Below the pieces are notes generated by a model, which was not told where the DNA came from, did no database searches, and was given only the letters and a program-made list of their open reading frames with translations. A stretch of DNA of 60,339 nt from a virus: the IMG/VR virus record IMGVR_UViG_3300034352_000138; one strand, 5' to 3'. How positions within the stretch are numbered: position 1 is the first letter of the stretch; each line of letters opens with the position of its first letter. A program made the position numbers and the translations under genes. Positions 17,277-26,735 of the stretch are shown here, in pieces.

Positions 17277-17911
17277 TGACCCTTCGTGTAACCATCAGCC
17301 TCCCAGAACTTCATGTAAGTAATACTTACAGGAAGGCCCGGCTTCTTGCTGGGCACGAGGATGCTCGGCTTGTCGATATCTATGTTGACCCGGATACGAA
17401 AAATCGGGTTGCCCGAGAGTCAATCGCTCTTTCTGATGTGGTTGTAATTGCGAAAGTTTTTACTATAGCGGATGCACTATCTGTTTTTGATACACCAGCA
17501 TTAGGTGTAACCCACCCAGTCTCAGATACAACTCAGCTTACTGATACGGCTCTTAAAGGATTTGATTTTTTCTTCACCGATATTATCGGTTTAGCGGATT
17601 CAGCCTCGGTTGTATCGCAACAGACTTTAAGTGAAAGTAGCACAGTTTCTATAGCTGATAGTCTCAGTGCTTCAGTTTCTAAACCTCTTGGTGATTCTTT
17701 TACCTTTGGGGATTCAATAGCGTTTTCGTTTTCATACGATAGAACCCCCGCTGATTCCTTCTCTTTTACCGATTCGATGTCTATATCATCGAATCTTGTT
17801 TTACCCGGCGATACTGTCGGCATGGCAGATTCCGTTACGATAAATATCGGTCCTGCGACATCCTCTGTGTTTAACAACACAACATTCAATACTTCAGCAT
17901 TAGGTGCCTGA
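17276..17911 (+). CDS. Fibre-like protein with degenerate xDSxxF/V repeats (211 aa)
   Basis: GTG start overlapping the previous stop. C-terminal repeats ADSASV, ADSLSA, GDSFTF, GDSIAF, ADSFSF, TDSMSI, ADSVTI. Confidence 0.6.
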   Translation: MTLRVTISLPELHVSNTYRKARLLAGHEDARLVDIYVDPDTKNRVARESIALSDVVVIAKVFTIADALSVFDTPALGVTHPVSDTTQLTDTALKGFDFFFTDIIGLADSASVVSQQTLSESSTVSIADSLSASVSKPLGDSFTFGDSIAFSFSYDRTPADSFSFTDSMSISSNLVLPGDTVGMADSVTINIGPATSSVFNNTTFNTSALGA

Positions 17912-17913
17912 TA

Positions 17914-18339
17914 ATGATTAACGATGGACTCTCTATTACTGGACAGCTCTCTATTTACAAGAACGGAGAGTTAGTTCGTGACATTAACAATCTGGTGGTT
18001 ACTGTTGGCAAGAATTGGGTAGCTGACCGTATGAAACAAGCTAGTTCCGCAGTCATGAGTCATATGGCTGTTGGTACTGGAACTACTGCCGCTGCGGTTG
18101 GCAATACAGCTCTGGTTACGGAACTGGATCGGAACGCCTTATCTAGCACAACCGTGTCTACGAATACTGTTCAGTATTCCGGCACTTGGGCGGCTGGTGA
18201 TGGTACTGGTGCGCTTACAGAAGCTGGGATATTCAATGCGTCTTCAGCGGGAACGATGCTGGCTCGTACAGTATTTTCAGTAGTTAATAAGGGTGCTAGT
18301 GACCAGGTTACGATCACTTGGACTATTACTGTAGGTTAA
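17914..18339 (+). CDS. Hypothetical tail/fibre-associated protein (141 aa)
   Basis: ORF in the fibre cluster. No firm motif. Confidence 0.6.
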   Translation: MINDGLSITGQLSIYKNGELVRDINNLVVTVGKNWVADRMKQASSAVMSHMAVGTGTTAAAVGNTALVTELDRNALSSTTVSTNTVQYSGTWAAGDGTGALTEAGIFNASSAGTMLARTVFSVVNKGASDQVTITWTITVG

Positions 18340-18343
18340 TCCC

Positions 18344-18772
18344 ATGAGCCTGAAGTATTCGAATAAAGCGGCAACGGAGTTAAGTGCCGGAGTTTCTTCC
18401 GGTGCTACTTCGTTTACCGTCGTGGATGCCTCTGAATTTCCAACGCTTGGTACGGGCGATTGGACCTACGTAACGCTGGGTGATGCGGATGTTGTGAAGG
18501 TCACTGCTATAAACACTTCTACTAAAGTGTTTACTTGCGCGGCTACATCTAGTGCACACTCTTCCGGAGACAAGGCAGAGCTTCGAATTACTGCTGAGTT
18601 AATGGATGACGCACGTAACACTACTGATAATGGGCTATACGAACATGTAGCCCAAATCAGTTCTAATTATGAAGTGCTGAATGGCAACAATGCCTTTAGT
18701 GCTGGAGATGTAACAATTGGAACAACTGCGACGGTTACCTTATCAGGTACTTCGATGTGGGTTATAGCATAG
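18344..18772 (+). CDS. Hypothetical protein (142 aa)
   Basis: ORF in the fibre cluster. Confidence 0.6.
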   Translation: MSLKYSNKAATELSAGVSSGATSFTVVDASEFPTLGTGDWTYVTLGDADVVKVTAINTSTKVFTCAATSSAHSSGDKAELRITAELMDDARNTTDNGLYEHVAQISSNYEVLNGNNAFSAGDVTIGTTATVTLSGTSMWVIA

Positions 18773-18781
18773 GAATTTAAG

Positions 18782-20284
18782 ATGCCTGTAAAACTGAAAG
18801 GACTAACTTCTGGGTCGGTAATCATAAAGGCACCGAATACCGGATCACAGGATATTGAAGTAACTTTACCTGGAAGTGCGGGTACTTTATTAAGTGCTAC
18901 AAGTAACGCAGAAATCAAAACTGCATATGAAGCCAACTCGGATACTAATGAATTTAGCGATGCAGAACAGACCAAGTTAGGGGCTATTGAACCTAGTGCC
19001 GATGTAACGGATGCTACGAATGTAGCCGCCGCTGGTGCTTTGATGAAGTCCGGTGGAGCTATGACCGGCACTATTGCCGGATTCACATCCACGGGGATTG
19101 ATGATAATGCTACGAGTACGGCCATCACGGTGGATTCTGGTCAGAAAGTAAAAGTTTCCACGGGTAGTTCTGGGGCTACTGCTCATTCTACTGCGGATGA
19201 TTTCGTGGTTGAGGGAAGTGGGCATACTGGAATTAGTATTTTAGCTGGATCGAGTAGCACGAGTCGATTGCATTTTGCTGACAGTGGGGCTTCTGAGGCT
19301 GGACATATTGTTTATGCACATAGCACAGACTTGTTGGAGATAGGGACGGCAGGAACCCCTCGTGTCAAAATAAATTCATCAGGCAACATGGGCCTGGGGA
19401 CAACTCCACTTTCCGGGTGGCGCAGTGACATAAATGTCATGGAAATGGGCCGAGGTGCTATCGGGGGGATAACGAATGGACTGGGTATTGAGATTTTCGG
19501 TAACGCTTATCGGGATTCCAGTAACTATAGATATAACGGATCGTATGCCTCCGCTCTATACGCGCAAGATAATGGTGTACACACATTCCAAGTAGCCCCA
19601 TCTGGCACCGCTGACGCTGCCATCACGTGGACCACAGCGATGACTATTGATAATGCTGGGCGAATTTTGGTTGGCACTAGCTCGCCATACGCAACCTCTG
19701 TTGCTATGTCGATCAATGTTGATTCTGCTCCGGGTTCAGGTGGCTCAATTGTGTCGAAAACTACTGCAACTGGCGACAAGTTTCACTTGCATTTTCAGAA
19801 CGGTAATGGGGGAGTCGGCGGTATAAAAACAACTGGTTCATCAACAGCCTACAACACCTCGTCAGACTACCGCCTCAAAGAAAACCTAGTCCCGCTCACC
19901 GACTCCATAGAACGAGTCAAGGCACTCCAACCCTACCGATTCAATTTCATTGCAGACCCAGATACTACAGTCGATGGTTTCGTAGCCCATGAGGCTGGCG
20001 AAGTAGTACCGGAAGCAGTATCCGGCGAGAAAGACGCAATGCAGATGGTGGAGTATGAGATTACTCCAGCCGTTGAGGAAGTCCGAGATGACGATGGCAA
20101 CATCATTACCGAGGCAGTGGATGCGGTCATGGGTGAACGCGAGATCATCGACCCACAGGGTATCGATCAGTCCAAATTGGTTCCGCTTCTCACAGCCGCA
20201 TTGCAAACCGCATTGAGCCAGATAGAGGATCTCACTGCCCGAATTGAAGTTCTGGAATCATTACCGAAAGCTAACCAAGTGTAG
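18782..20284 (+). CDS. Tail fibre with C-terminal intramolecular chaperone (peptidase S74) domain
   Basis: C-terminal SSDYRLKENLVPL...RFNFIAD...GFVAHEAGEVVPEAV...IDQSKLVPLLTAALQ...IEDLTARIEVLE is the S74 chaperone signature. Confidence 0.85.
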   Translation: MPVKLKGLTSGSVIIKAPNTGSQDIEVTLPGSAGTLLSATSNAEIKTAYEANSDTNEFSDAEQTKLGAIEPSADVTDATNVAAAGALMKSGGAMTGTIAGFTSTGIDDNATSTAITVDSGQKVKVSTGSSGATAHSTADDFVVEGSGHTGISILAGSSSTSRLHFADSGASEAGHIVYAHSTDLLEIGTAGTPRVKINSSGNMGLGTTPLSGWRSDINVMEMGRGAIGGITNGLGIEIFGNAYRDSSNYRYNGSYASALYAQDNGVHTFQVAPSGTADAAITWTTAMTIDNAGRILVGTSSPYATSVAMSINVDSAPGSGGSIVSKTTATGDKFHLHFQNGNGGVGGIKTTGSSTAYNTSSDYRLKENLVPLTDSIERVKALQPYRFNFIADPDTTVDGFVAHEAGEVVPEAVSGEKDAMQMVEYEITPAVEEVRDDDGNIITEAVDAVMGEREIIDPQGIDQSKLVPLLTAALQTALSQIEDLTARIEVLESLPKANQV

Positions 20285-20293
20285 GAATAAACC

Positions 20294-21022
20294 ATGAGTA
20301 CTCTGAAATCATCGAATGCTGACCTGATTCTGCAAGCAGATACCGGGCAGAAAACAGTCATCAATTCAAATGGTGCCAATACTGCCATCACGGTTGATAG
20401 TTCTCAAAACGTAGGGGTTGGAGTTGCCAGCCCTACTCAGAAACTCGATGTTAACGGAACAGTTAAAGCGACTTCATTTTCTGGGAGTGGTTCAGCGTTA
20501 ACAGGAGTTAGTGATCCGACATGGGATGGTGGAGCAACAGGACTAACTGCCGCTACAGGTAGAACGAGTTTGGGTTTAGTGATTGGAACAAACGTTCAGG
20601 CGTTTGATGCAACGATTATGGTGGGTGCTGATATTGGCTCAACAGTTCAAGCTTACGATGCAGATACAGCCAAGACTGATGCGGCTCAAACCTTTACAGC
20701 AAGCCAACGTGGAGAGATTACAACGCTCACTTCTGCGACTACCGTTACTCCTGACTTTGCAGACTCCAACAACTTTACTTTAACGCTTGGTCATAATGTC
20801 ACATTAGCTAATCCAACTAACCTAACGGCTGGACAGTCAGGATCTATCTTCGCTGTTCAAGATGGGACAGGTTCGAGAACAATGGCGTTTGGTTCTTATT
20901 GGGATTTCGCTGGGGGAACGGCTCCAACGATGACAACGACTGCATCGGGGATTGATCGAATAGATTATTGTGTACGGACTACAACGTCCATTCATGCGGT
21001 AGTGACTTTGGCTCTTAGCTAA
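20294..21022 (+). CDS. Fibre-like protein (242 aa)
   Basis: The N-terminal segment ITVDSSQNVGVGVASPTQKLDVNGTVKATSF is shared in style with the preceding fibre. Confidence 0.65.
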   Translation: MSTLKSSNADLILQADTGQKTVINSNGANTAITVDSSQNVGVGVASPTQKLDVNGTVKATSFSGSGSALTGVSDPTWDGGATGLTAATGRTSLGLVIGTNVQAFDATIMVGADIGSTVQAYDADTAKTDAAQTFTASQRGEITTLTSATTVTPDFADSNNFTLTLGHNVTLANPTNLTAGQSGSIFAVQDGTGSRTMAFGSYWDFAGGTAPTMTTTASGIDRIDYCVRTTTSIHAVVTLALS

Positions 21023-24000
21023 TGGGTGTTCTCAGCGAAAATTCGATCATTGGTGCATCTGGTGTTAGCGGCGAGTTCAGTATTGATAGTTCACTGCGAT
21101 TCAATGACGATGACTCTGCGTATTTGAATTGGACTCCGAGCAGTGCTGGGAATCGGAAGACCTGGACTTGGAGTGGTTGGGTTAAACGGGGGAGTACTGG
21201 GGCAGAGCTTGGGTTATTAGGGGAAACAAATACATATGACTATATCCGTTTTGAGAGTGGCGGCTCAATTCGACTCCGATTTTATAATGGATCTACGACA
21301 GTACTTAGTCTCATTACAACTGCTGTATATCGAGATCCGTCAGCTTGGTATCACGTTCTAGTAAAAACAGATACCACCCAGGCTACTGCAAGCAATCGTT
21401 GTAAAATCTATGTGAATGGAGTTCAAGTAACTGCGTTTACCACGGAAACATACCCATCACAAAATTATGATGGGCTACTTAATTCCGCAATTTTGCATAC
21501 AGTTGGGTCAGTTGGTGCGTCCAGATATTTCGACGGCTACCTAGCCGAAGTCAACTTCATCGACGGCTCTGCTCTTGCCCCCACAGATTTTGGGGAGTTC
21601 GATGCAACCTATGGGCATTGGAAAGCTAAGGAATACACAGGGTCATATACCGGCAACTCGTTTTATCTGCCATTTGATAATGCCGGAACTAAGCATACGC
21701 TAACTGCAAATGGAAATACTAAGCACTCAACAACTCAACAAAAGTTTGGTGCTACTAGCATCAAGTTTGACGGGACCGGGGATTATCTTAGCATTCCCGA
21801 CCATGACGATTGGACATTCGGGACAGATAATTGGACTATTGAATTCTGGGCTAGGTTTGACGATGTAACATCATTCGATCAAGTGCTATTGAGGAAAGGT
21901 ACAAGTAACCCCAATAATACTTTCATTATTGAATGGTCAAGCTCCGGCAGTGGAGGACTTCGCCTCGGTTGGTACGAGTCATCGACTTGGACCTATATCG
22001 GGGGGAGTTCATCTGGGTTTTCTAGCAACGTTTGGTATCATATTGCTATAGTTCGTAATGGTACTTCCTTCGTAATTTATAAAGATGGTTCATCTTATGC
22101 TAGTGCGACTAATTCGGGATCACTACCGGATACTTCAGACGTAGTAACGATTGGGGCAAATGGTGTTGGAACTGTCGAATTTGCTGGGTATATGGACGAA
22201 ATTCGTATATCTAATATTGCCAGATATACCTCCGGGTTCACCCCATCAACCTCCATATTCATATCTGATTCATACACTCGCCTCCTGATCCAATCAGATA
22301 CCACCAACGGTTCAACGACATTTGCTGACTCCTCGGGTGTAGTCGGTGGGGCGGGTAACGATCAATCTGGTCAAGCTAATCACTGGACCCCTAACAACCT
22401 CACTGCATCCGACCAGATGCTGGATTCTCCGACTAATAACTTTGCTACGTTGAATCCTCTGTCTAAAGCGACATCCGGTCAAGGAACATATTCTGAAGGG
22501 AACTTAAAATTAGTTACTCCTAGTAGTGGAAATGGTTTAGCAGTCTCCTCATTCGGCGTTACGTCTGGGAAATACTATTCAGAATATTATGTTGGTGATA
22601 GTGTACAACGAGGTACAGTTGGTGTTACTGGCGATGTAGACGCAACACTTACCGCTAATACTAATCTAGGGTCGTTGTCTTCTAGTTTTGATGTTGGCTA
22701 CATGGGAAATGACGGAGATAAATTTATAGGTAATACTGAAAGTACATATGGATCTGCGTTTTCAGCTGGGGATGTTATTGGGATTGCGTTGAATGCTGAT
22801 GCTAATCAAATTACTTTCTATCATAACGGGACGAGTAAAGGGGCGATATCACTTGCAGCAAACGGGACTTATCATTTTGCATATGGAGATATTTCAGCTG
22901 GATTCGGCAGCACATCAGTAGTCAACTTCGGCCAGGACGCAACATTCGCCGGGAACAAGTCACCCAGCACCACCTACTCTGACGGTACTTACGGGGAATT
23001 CTTCTACCAGCCTCCGTCTGGGTTCAAAGCCCTTTGCACACTCAATATTCCAGATCCTGCCGTGGTGCCGGGTGAGCATTTTAATGCACTGACTTATACG
23101 GGGACTGGAGCAGATAACAGAAGTATCACTGGTGCTGGTTTCCAGCCAGATTTTACTTGGTTGAAATCTAGGAGTGCGGCTACAAACCATTACCTTTACG
23201 ACTCTATACGGGGAGCGAATTACCAACTTTTATCTAATGATGACGGGGCGGAATCCAATACAGCGGATAGAATGCAGGCTTTTGAGTCTGATGGTTTTCA
23301 ACTTGGGACGAGTACCGAAGTTAATAATAACAACGCAACCTACATCTCCTGGAACTGGAAAGCAGGAACTTCTGTTTCTGGAACAACCGCTGGTGCGGGT
23401 ACTGGAAAAGCATATTCTGGGTCAGTCAATACTTCCAACGGGTTCAGCATTGTAACGTATAAAGGTAATGGTACTGCTGGTCATGGTATTCCCCACAGAT
23501 TATCCAAAGCACCGGATATCTGGATTGTAAAACATCGTAATGCAAGCGGCGGCTGGATGGTCGGTTCAAGCCAATATACCGATTACACATATTGGAACGC
23601 ACTGAACGATACATTTGCACCGTACAACACAGCGAGTAATAACAGGTGGTATTCGGAACCGGATGCATCGAATGTATATATTCAAACTACTATTGCTGTT
23701 TCCGAGCTTAATACAAATGACGATGATTACCTTATGTACTGCTGGCATTCAGTCGATGGTTTCAGCAAGATCGGGTCATACACCGGCAACGGAAGCACTG
23801 ACGGGCCATTTATATACACAGGATTCCAGCCGAAGTATGTGATGGTGAAAAAGACAAGTGCTGCTGAGTCTTGGTTTATTGCTGACGATGCCAGAGAATC
23901 ATATAACCCATTTGATTATGGGTTACTTGCTGATAGTTCTGGTGCTGAACTTATTTCCGTGAAAATGATTGATTTACTCAGTAATGGTTTTAAACCAAGG

Positions 24001-24090
24001 AAAGTTACCGGGTATCACAACGACTCCGGGGCTACATACATCTACATGGCATTCGCAGAATTCCCATTCAAATACGCTAACGCGAGGTAA
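21022..24090 (+). CDS. Large receptor-binding-type protein: two LamG/concanavalin-like domains plus a SPRY domain (1022 aa)
   Basis: LamG-like signatures are WYHVLV...FDGYLAEVNFIDGSAL and WYHIAIVRNG...FAGYMDEIRISNIARY. The SPRY-like signature is GKYYSEYYV...GDVIGIALNADANQITFYHNG. Confidence 0.75.
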   Translation: MGVLSENSIIGASGVSGEFSIDSSLRFNDDDSAYLNWTPSSAGNRKTWTWSGWVKRGSTGAELGLLGETNTYDYIRFESGGSIRLRFYNGSTTVLSLITTAVYRDPSAWYHVLVKTDTTQATASNRCKIYVNGVQVTAFTTETYPSQNYDGLLNSAILHTVGSVGASRYFDGYLAEVNFIDGSALAPTDFGEFDATYGHWKAKEYTGSYTGNSFYLPFDNAGTKHTLTANGNTKHSTTQQKFGATSIKFDGTGDYLSIPDHDDWTFGTDNWTIEFWARFDDVTSFDQVLLRKGTSNPNNTFIIEWSSSGSGGLRLGWYESSTWTYIGGSSSGFSSNVWYHIAIVRNGTSFVIYKDGSSYASATNSGSLPDTSDVVTIGANGVGTVEFAGYMDEIRISNIARYTSGFTPSTSIFISDSYTRLLIQSDTTNGSTTFADSSGVVGGAGNDQSGQANHWTPNNLTASDQMLDSPTNNFATLNPLSKATSGQGTYSEGNLKLVTPSSGNGLAVSSFGVTSGKYYSEYYVGDSVQRGTVGVTGDVDATLTANTNLGSLSSSFDVGYMGNDGDKFIGNTESTYGSAFSAGDVIGIALNADANQITFYHNGTSKGAISLAANGTYHFAYGDISAGFGSTSVVNFGQDATFAGNKSPSTTYSDGTYGEFFYQPPSGFKALCTLNIPDPAVVPGEHFNALTYTGTGADNRSITGAGFQPDFTWLKSRSAATNHYLYDSIRGANYQLLSNDDGAESNTADRMQAFESDGFQLGTSTEVNNNNATYISWNWKAGTSVSGTTAGAGTGKAYSGSVNTSNGFSIVTYKGNGTAGHGIPHRLSKAPDIWIVKHRNASGGWMVGSSQYTDYTYWNALNDTFAPYNTASNNRWYSEPDASNVYIQTTIAVSELNTNDDDYLMYCWHSVDGFSKIGSYTGNGSTDGPFIYTGFQPKYVMVKKTSAAESWFIADDARESYNPFDYGLLADSSGAELISVKMIDLLSNGFKPRKVTGYHNDSGATYIYMAFAEFPFKYANAR

Positions 24091-24095
24091 TAAAT

Positions 24096-24725
24096 ATGTG
24101 GTTTAACGGCAGTATAGAAACAGGCAATATTATCTCTCGTCCAAGAGGTATGACGATTAATGGGGTGCAGTATCCTCCCTCCATATTCTCAGTATGGACC
24201 CAGGATGAACTCGCGGAACTGGAAATCTACCCCTATCGGGAAAACAGTATTAATCAGCAATACTATTGGCAGGGACAACTCATCAAGGAATTTGTCGATG
24301 GTGAGGTGATTGGCACATACGGCCAGATCGACCGGGACGTTGACCAACTGAAAGAACATATGATCGATGCAACTCGATCAATCGTTTCCTCGATGTTGAG
24401 TAGAGATGACTGGATGGTATCCCGTGAGTTTGAGGGTGGAACAAAGATGCCCTCAGATACAGTAGCGTATCGCGCATCTCTTCGAACTGAGTCGAACTCA
24501 AAAGAATCTGAGATCAATACACTCACCACAATTGATGAGGTGATTGCTTATCGGGAACGGCCAGCCGTTGAGACTCGTAAAATCAAACACACGGCAGAGG
24601 ATGGAACCGAAACATGGGGACCGGAAACTGAAGCGCATGACCGGAATATTGACATGGTGATGCACTATGAAGCTGTAGATCCTTCAGCCGAAGTTGATCC
24701 GGCTTTTGTCTCGTTGGTTTTTTAA
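24096..24725 (+). CDS. Hypothetical protein (209 aa)
   Basis: ORF after the fibre genes. A fibre assembly factor is possible, by position only. Confidence 0.6.
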   Translation: MWFNGSIETGNIISRPRGMTINGVQYPPSIFSVWTQDELAELEIYPYRENSINQQYYWQGQLIKEFVDGEVIGTYGQIDRDVDQLKEHMIDATRSIVSSMLSRDDWMVSREFEGGTKMPSDTVAYRASLRTESNSKESEINTLTTIDEVIAYRERPAVETRKIKHTAEDGTETWGPETEAHDRNIDMVMHYEAVDPSAEVDPAFVSLVF

Positions 24726-24740
24726 GTTTAAGGCTAATAA

Positions 24741-24938
24741 ATGAACATGGAATACCGAATCAATGAGATCGAGAAACGGCTTAATAGAAATGATGTCGTT
24801 ATCGAACGCATTTCTGATGAACTCGATGAGATTAAGCAACTCATTTCCCAGATCCGGTATTCGATTACCGGGGGCGTTTTCGTCTTTATAGTCAGTGAGA
24901 TGGGTTTCTTCAAAGCCCTATCAATAGCAATGCCGTAG
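24741..24938 (+). CDS. Small protein with coiled coil plus C-terminal TM segment (65 aa)
   Basis: N-terminal heptads (INEIEKRLNRNDVVIERISDELDEIKQLI) followed by the TM segment GGVFVFIVSEMGFF. Confidence 0.55.
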   Translation: MNMEYRINEIEKRLNRNDVVIERISDELDEIKQLISQIRYSITGGVFVFIVSEMGFFKALSIAMP

Positions 24939-24947
24939 GAGGCACAC

Positions 24948-25130
24948 ATGTTTGCATATATAATCGCTCGGTTGAGCGAGGCCAGCACCATTCGTGGAAT
25001 CATCATGCTTTTCGGGGCCATGGGCCTGTCGGTAGCCCCAGAAGTCAGTGAGGGTATCATTACAGCTACTATCGCGACGGCGGGTGTAGTCGGTGTGGCC
25101 TTCGCGGATAAGGCAGACAAGCCGGAGTAA
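24948..25130 (+). CDS. Small membrane protein (60 aa)
   Basis: Strong SD (GTAGGAGG). Hydrophobic segments GIIMLFGAMGLSV and ITATIATAGVVGVAF. Confidence 0.6.
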   Translation: MFAYIIARLSEASTIRGIIMLFGAMGLSVAPEVSEGIITATIATAGVVGVAFADKADKPE

Positions 25131-25133
25131 TCG

Positions 25134-26735
25134 ATGGCTAAGATCCACGTTCCGAATTTCGAAGGACTCACGCCTAAAGTTGACCCCTCTTTATTGAAGG
25201 ATACGGAGGCTGTTGAGTGCGAGAATGCTCGACTGGATCGTGGCCAGTTAGAACCCTGGAAAGGTTTAGCGGCAGAGACTACAGTTAATTCGTCTGCCCA
25301 GACGGTTTATAAGTATGGAAGTGACTGGCTGTACTGGACTACAGAGATCGATGTAGTCCCTACGCCAGTGACTGCAGATCCTTACGCCCGGATCTACTTC
25401 ACCGGTGACGGGGATCCAAAGTACACTTATCAGGGACGCCCCACTTCAGCCGGAGCCCCAAACGGGTTCCTGCTTGGAGTCCCAGCACCGGGGGTTACGC
25501 CTACTACGACCACCTCTACTACGGCAGGCGATTATGAGGAGGACAGATTTTACGTCTTCACTTACGTTACACCCCTAGGGGAAGAGGGCCCTCCATCTAG
25601 CCCAAGTTCTAGTCTTACAGTCATTGATAATAATGATGTCGCGGTTACGTTTCCGACTGAATCCATAGGTAGTTATAACTTGGGGACGGGGGCATTTCGT
25701 CGGCTCTATAGAACTGGGTCGGGTACCACCTCCACTGATTATCAATTCGTTGCCGATATTGCGATAGGCACCCTGACTTACACGGATGCAGTTGCTCAGG
25801 ATTCGTTGGGTGAGGTCCTCCCCTCCCTAACCTGGGATCCTCCTCCGCAAGCAGCTTCTACAGGAATTGGCGCCCTACAAGGGTTGACCACTTTAACGAA
25901 TGGGTTCCTTGCAGGGTTCTCGGGGAATACGCTCTGCTTCAGTGAAGCCTTTATCCCTTCGGCCTGGCCCTTGTCATATCGGATGAGTTTTAGCGCCGAT
26001 ATTGTGGGTATAGGTATCGCGGGCAATTCGCTAATTGTTCTGACTGAAGCTTTCCCGTACCTGGTTTCTGGGGATGCCCCTAGTGCCATGGTCGCAGTAC
26101 GTATCGAGACGGCACAGGCTTGTTCGAATAAGGCCTCTATAGTTGATATTGGGGATTTCCTGGTTTATGCGAGCCCAGATGGGTTGATGGCAGTCAGTGA
26201 AGCCGGGGTGAGTAACCTAACGCAGGACATCTTTACGCGGGCTCAGTGGCAGACCTATAGCCCGAGTACCATGAGGGGATTCTACTACGAAGAGCTATAT
26301 CTTGGGATTTCAAATACTAAAACCTTCTTGATTACGAAAGGTGGGGTTCTAACGGATCTAACCGGAGTTACTGCCATCAACGGAGTTAACGATTACGAAA
26401 GCGATCGACTTTTACTCCTGCAGAGTGCTGGAGTCATTAAGGCTTTTAACGAAGGGTCTAGTTTAACGGCTAAGTGGAGAAGTAAACCTTTTAGACTGGC
26501 TCGACCCTCTACGTTGGGTATTGCGGAAGCAGATGTAGATGGTTCAGTTACATTTAAGTTATACGCAGATGGGGCGTTGAAGTTAACAAAGGCTCTTACC
26601 GGGTTCGAACGATTTCGGCTACCGAGCGGATTCTTGGCTCGTAAATATGAGTTCTCTTTAGAGGGTACGGGTACGACGCATTCTATGACCTTGGCGTCTA
26701 CGGTATTTAACTCTGTTGGTGAGGCTAGTGGCTAG
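25134..26735 (+). CDS. Hypothetical virion protein (533 aa)
   Basis: Long ORF in the structural operon. No motif recognised. Confidence 0.7.
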   Translation: MAKIHVPNFEGLTPKVDPSLLKDTEAVECENARLDRGQLEPWKGLAAETTVNSSAQTVYKYGSDWLYWTTEIDVVPTPVTADPYARIYFTGDGDPKYTYQGRPTSAGAPNGFLLGVPAPGVTPTTTTSTTAGDYEEDRFYVFTYVTPLGEEGPPSSPSSSLTVIDNNDVAVTFPTESIGSYNLGTGAFRRLYRTGSGTTSTDYQFVADIAIGTLTYTDAVAQDSLGEVLPSLTWDPPPQAASTGIGALQGLTTLTNGFLAGFSGNTLCFSEAFIPSAWPLSYRMSFSADIVGIGIAGNSLIVLTEAFPYLVSGDAPSAMVAVRIETAQACSNKASIVDIGDFLVYASPDGLMAVSEAGVSNLTQDIFTRAQWQTYSPSTMRGFYYEELYLGISNTKTFLITKGGVLTDLTGVTAINGVNDYESDRLLLLQSAGVIKAFNEGSSLTAKWRSKPFRLARPSTLGIAEADVDGSVTFKLYADGALKLTKALTGFERFRLPSGFLARKYEFSLEGTGTTHSMTLASTVFNSVGEASG

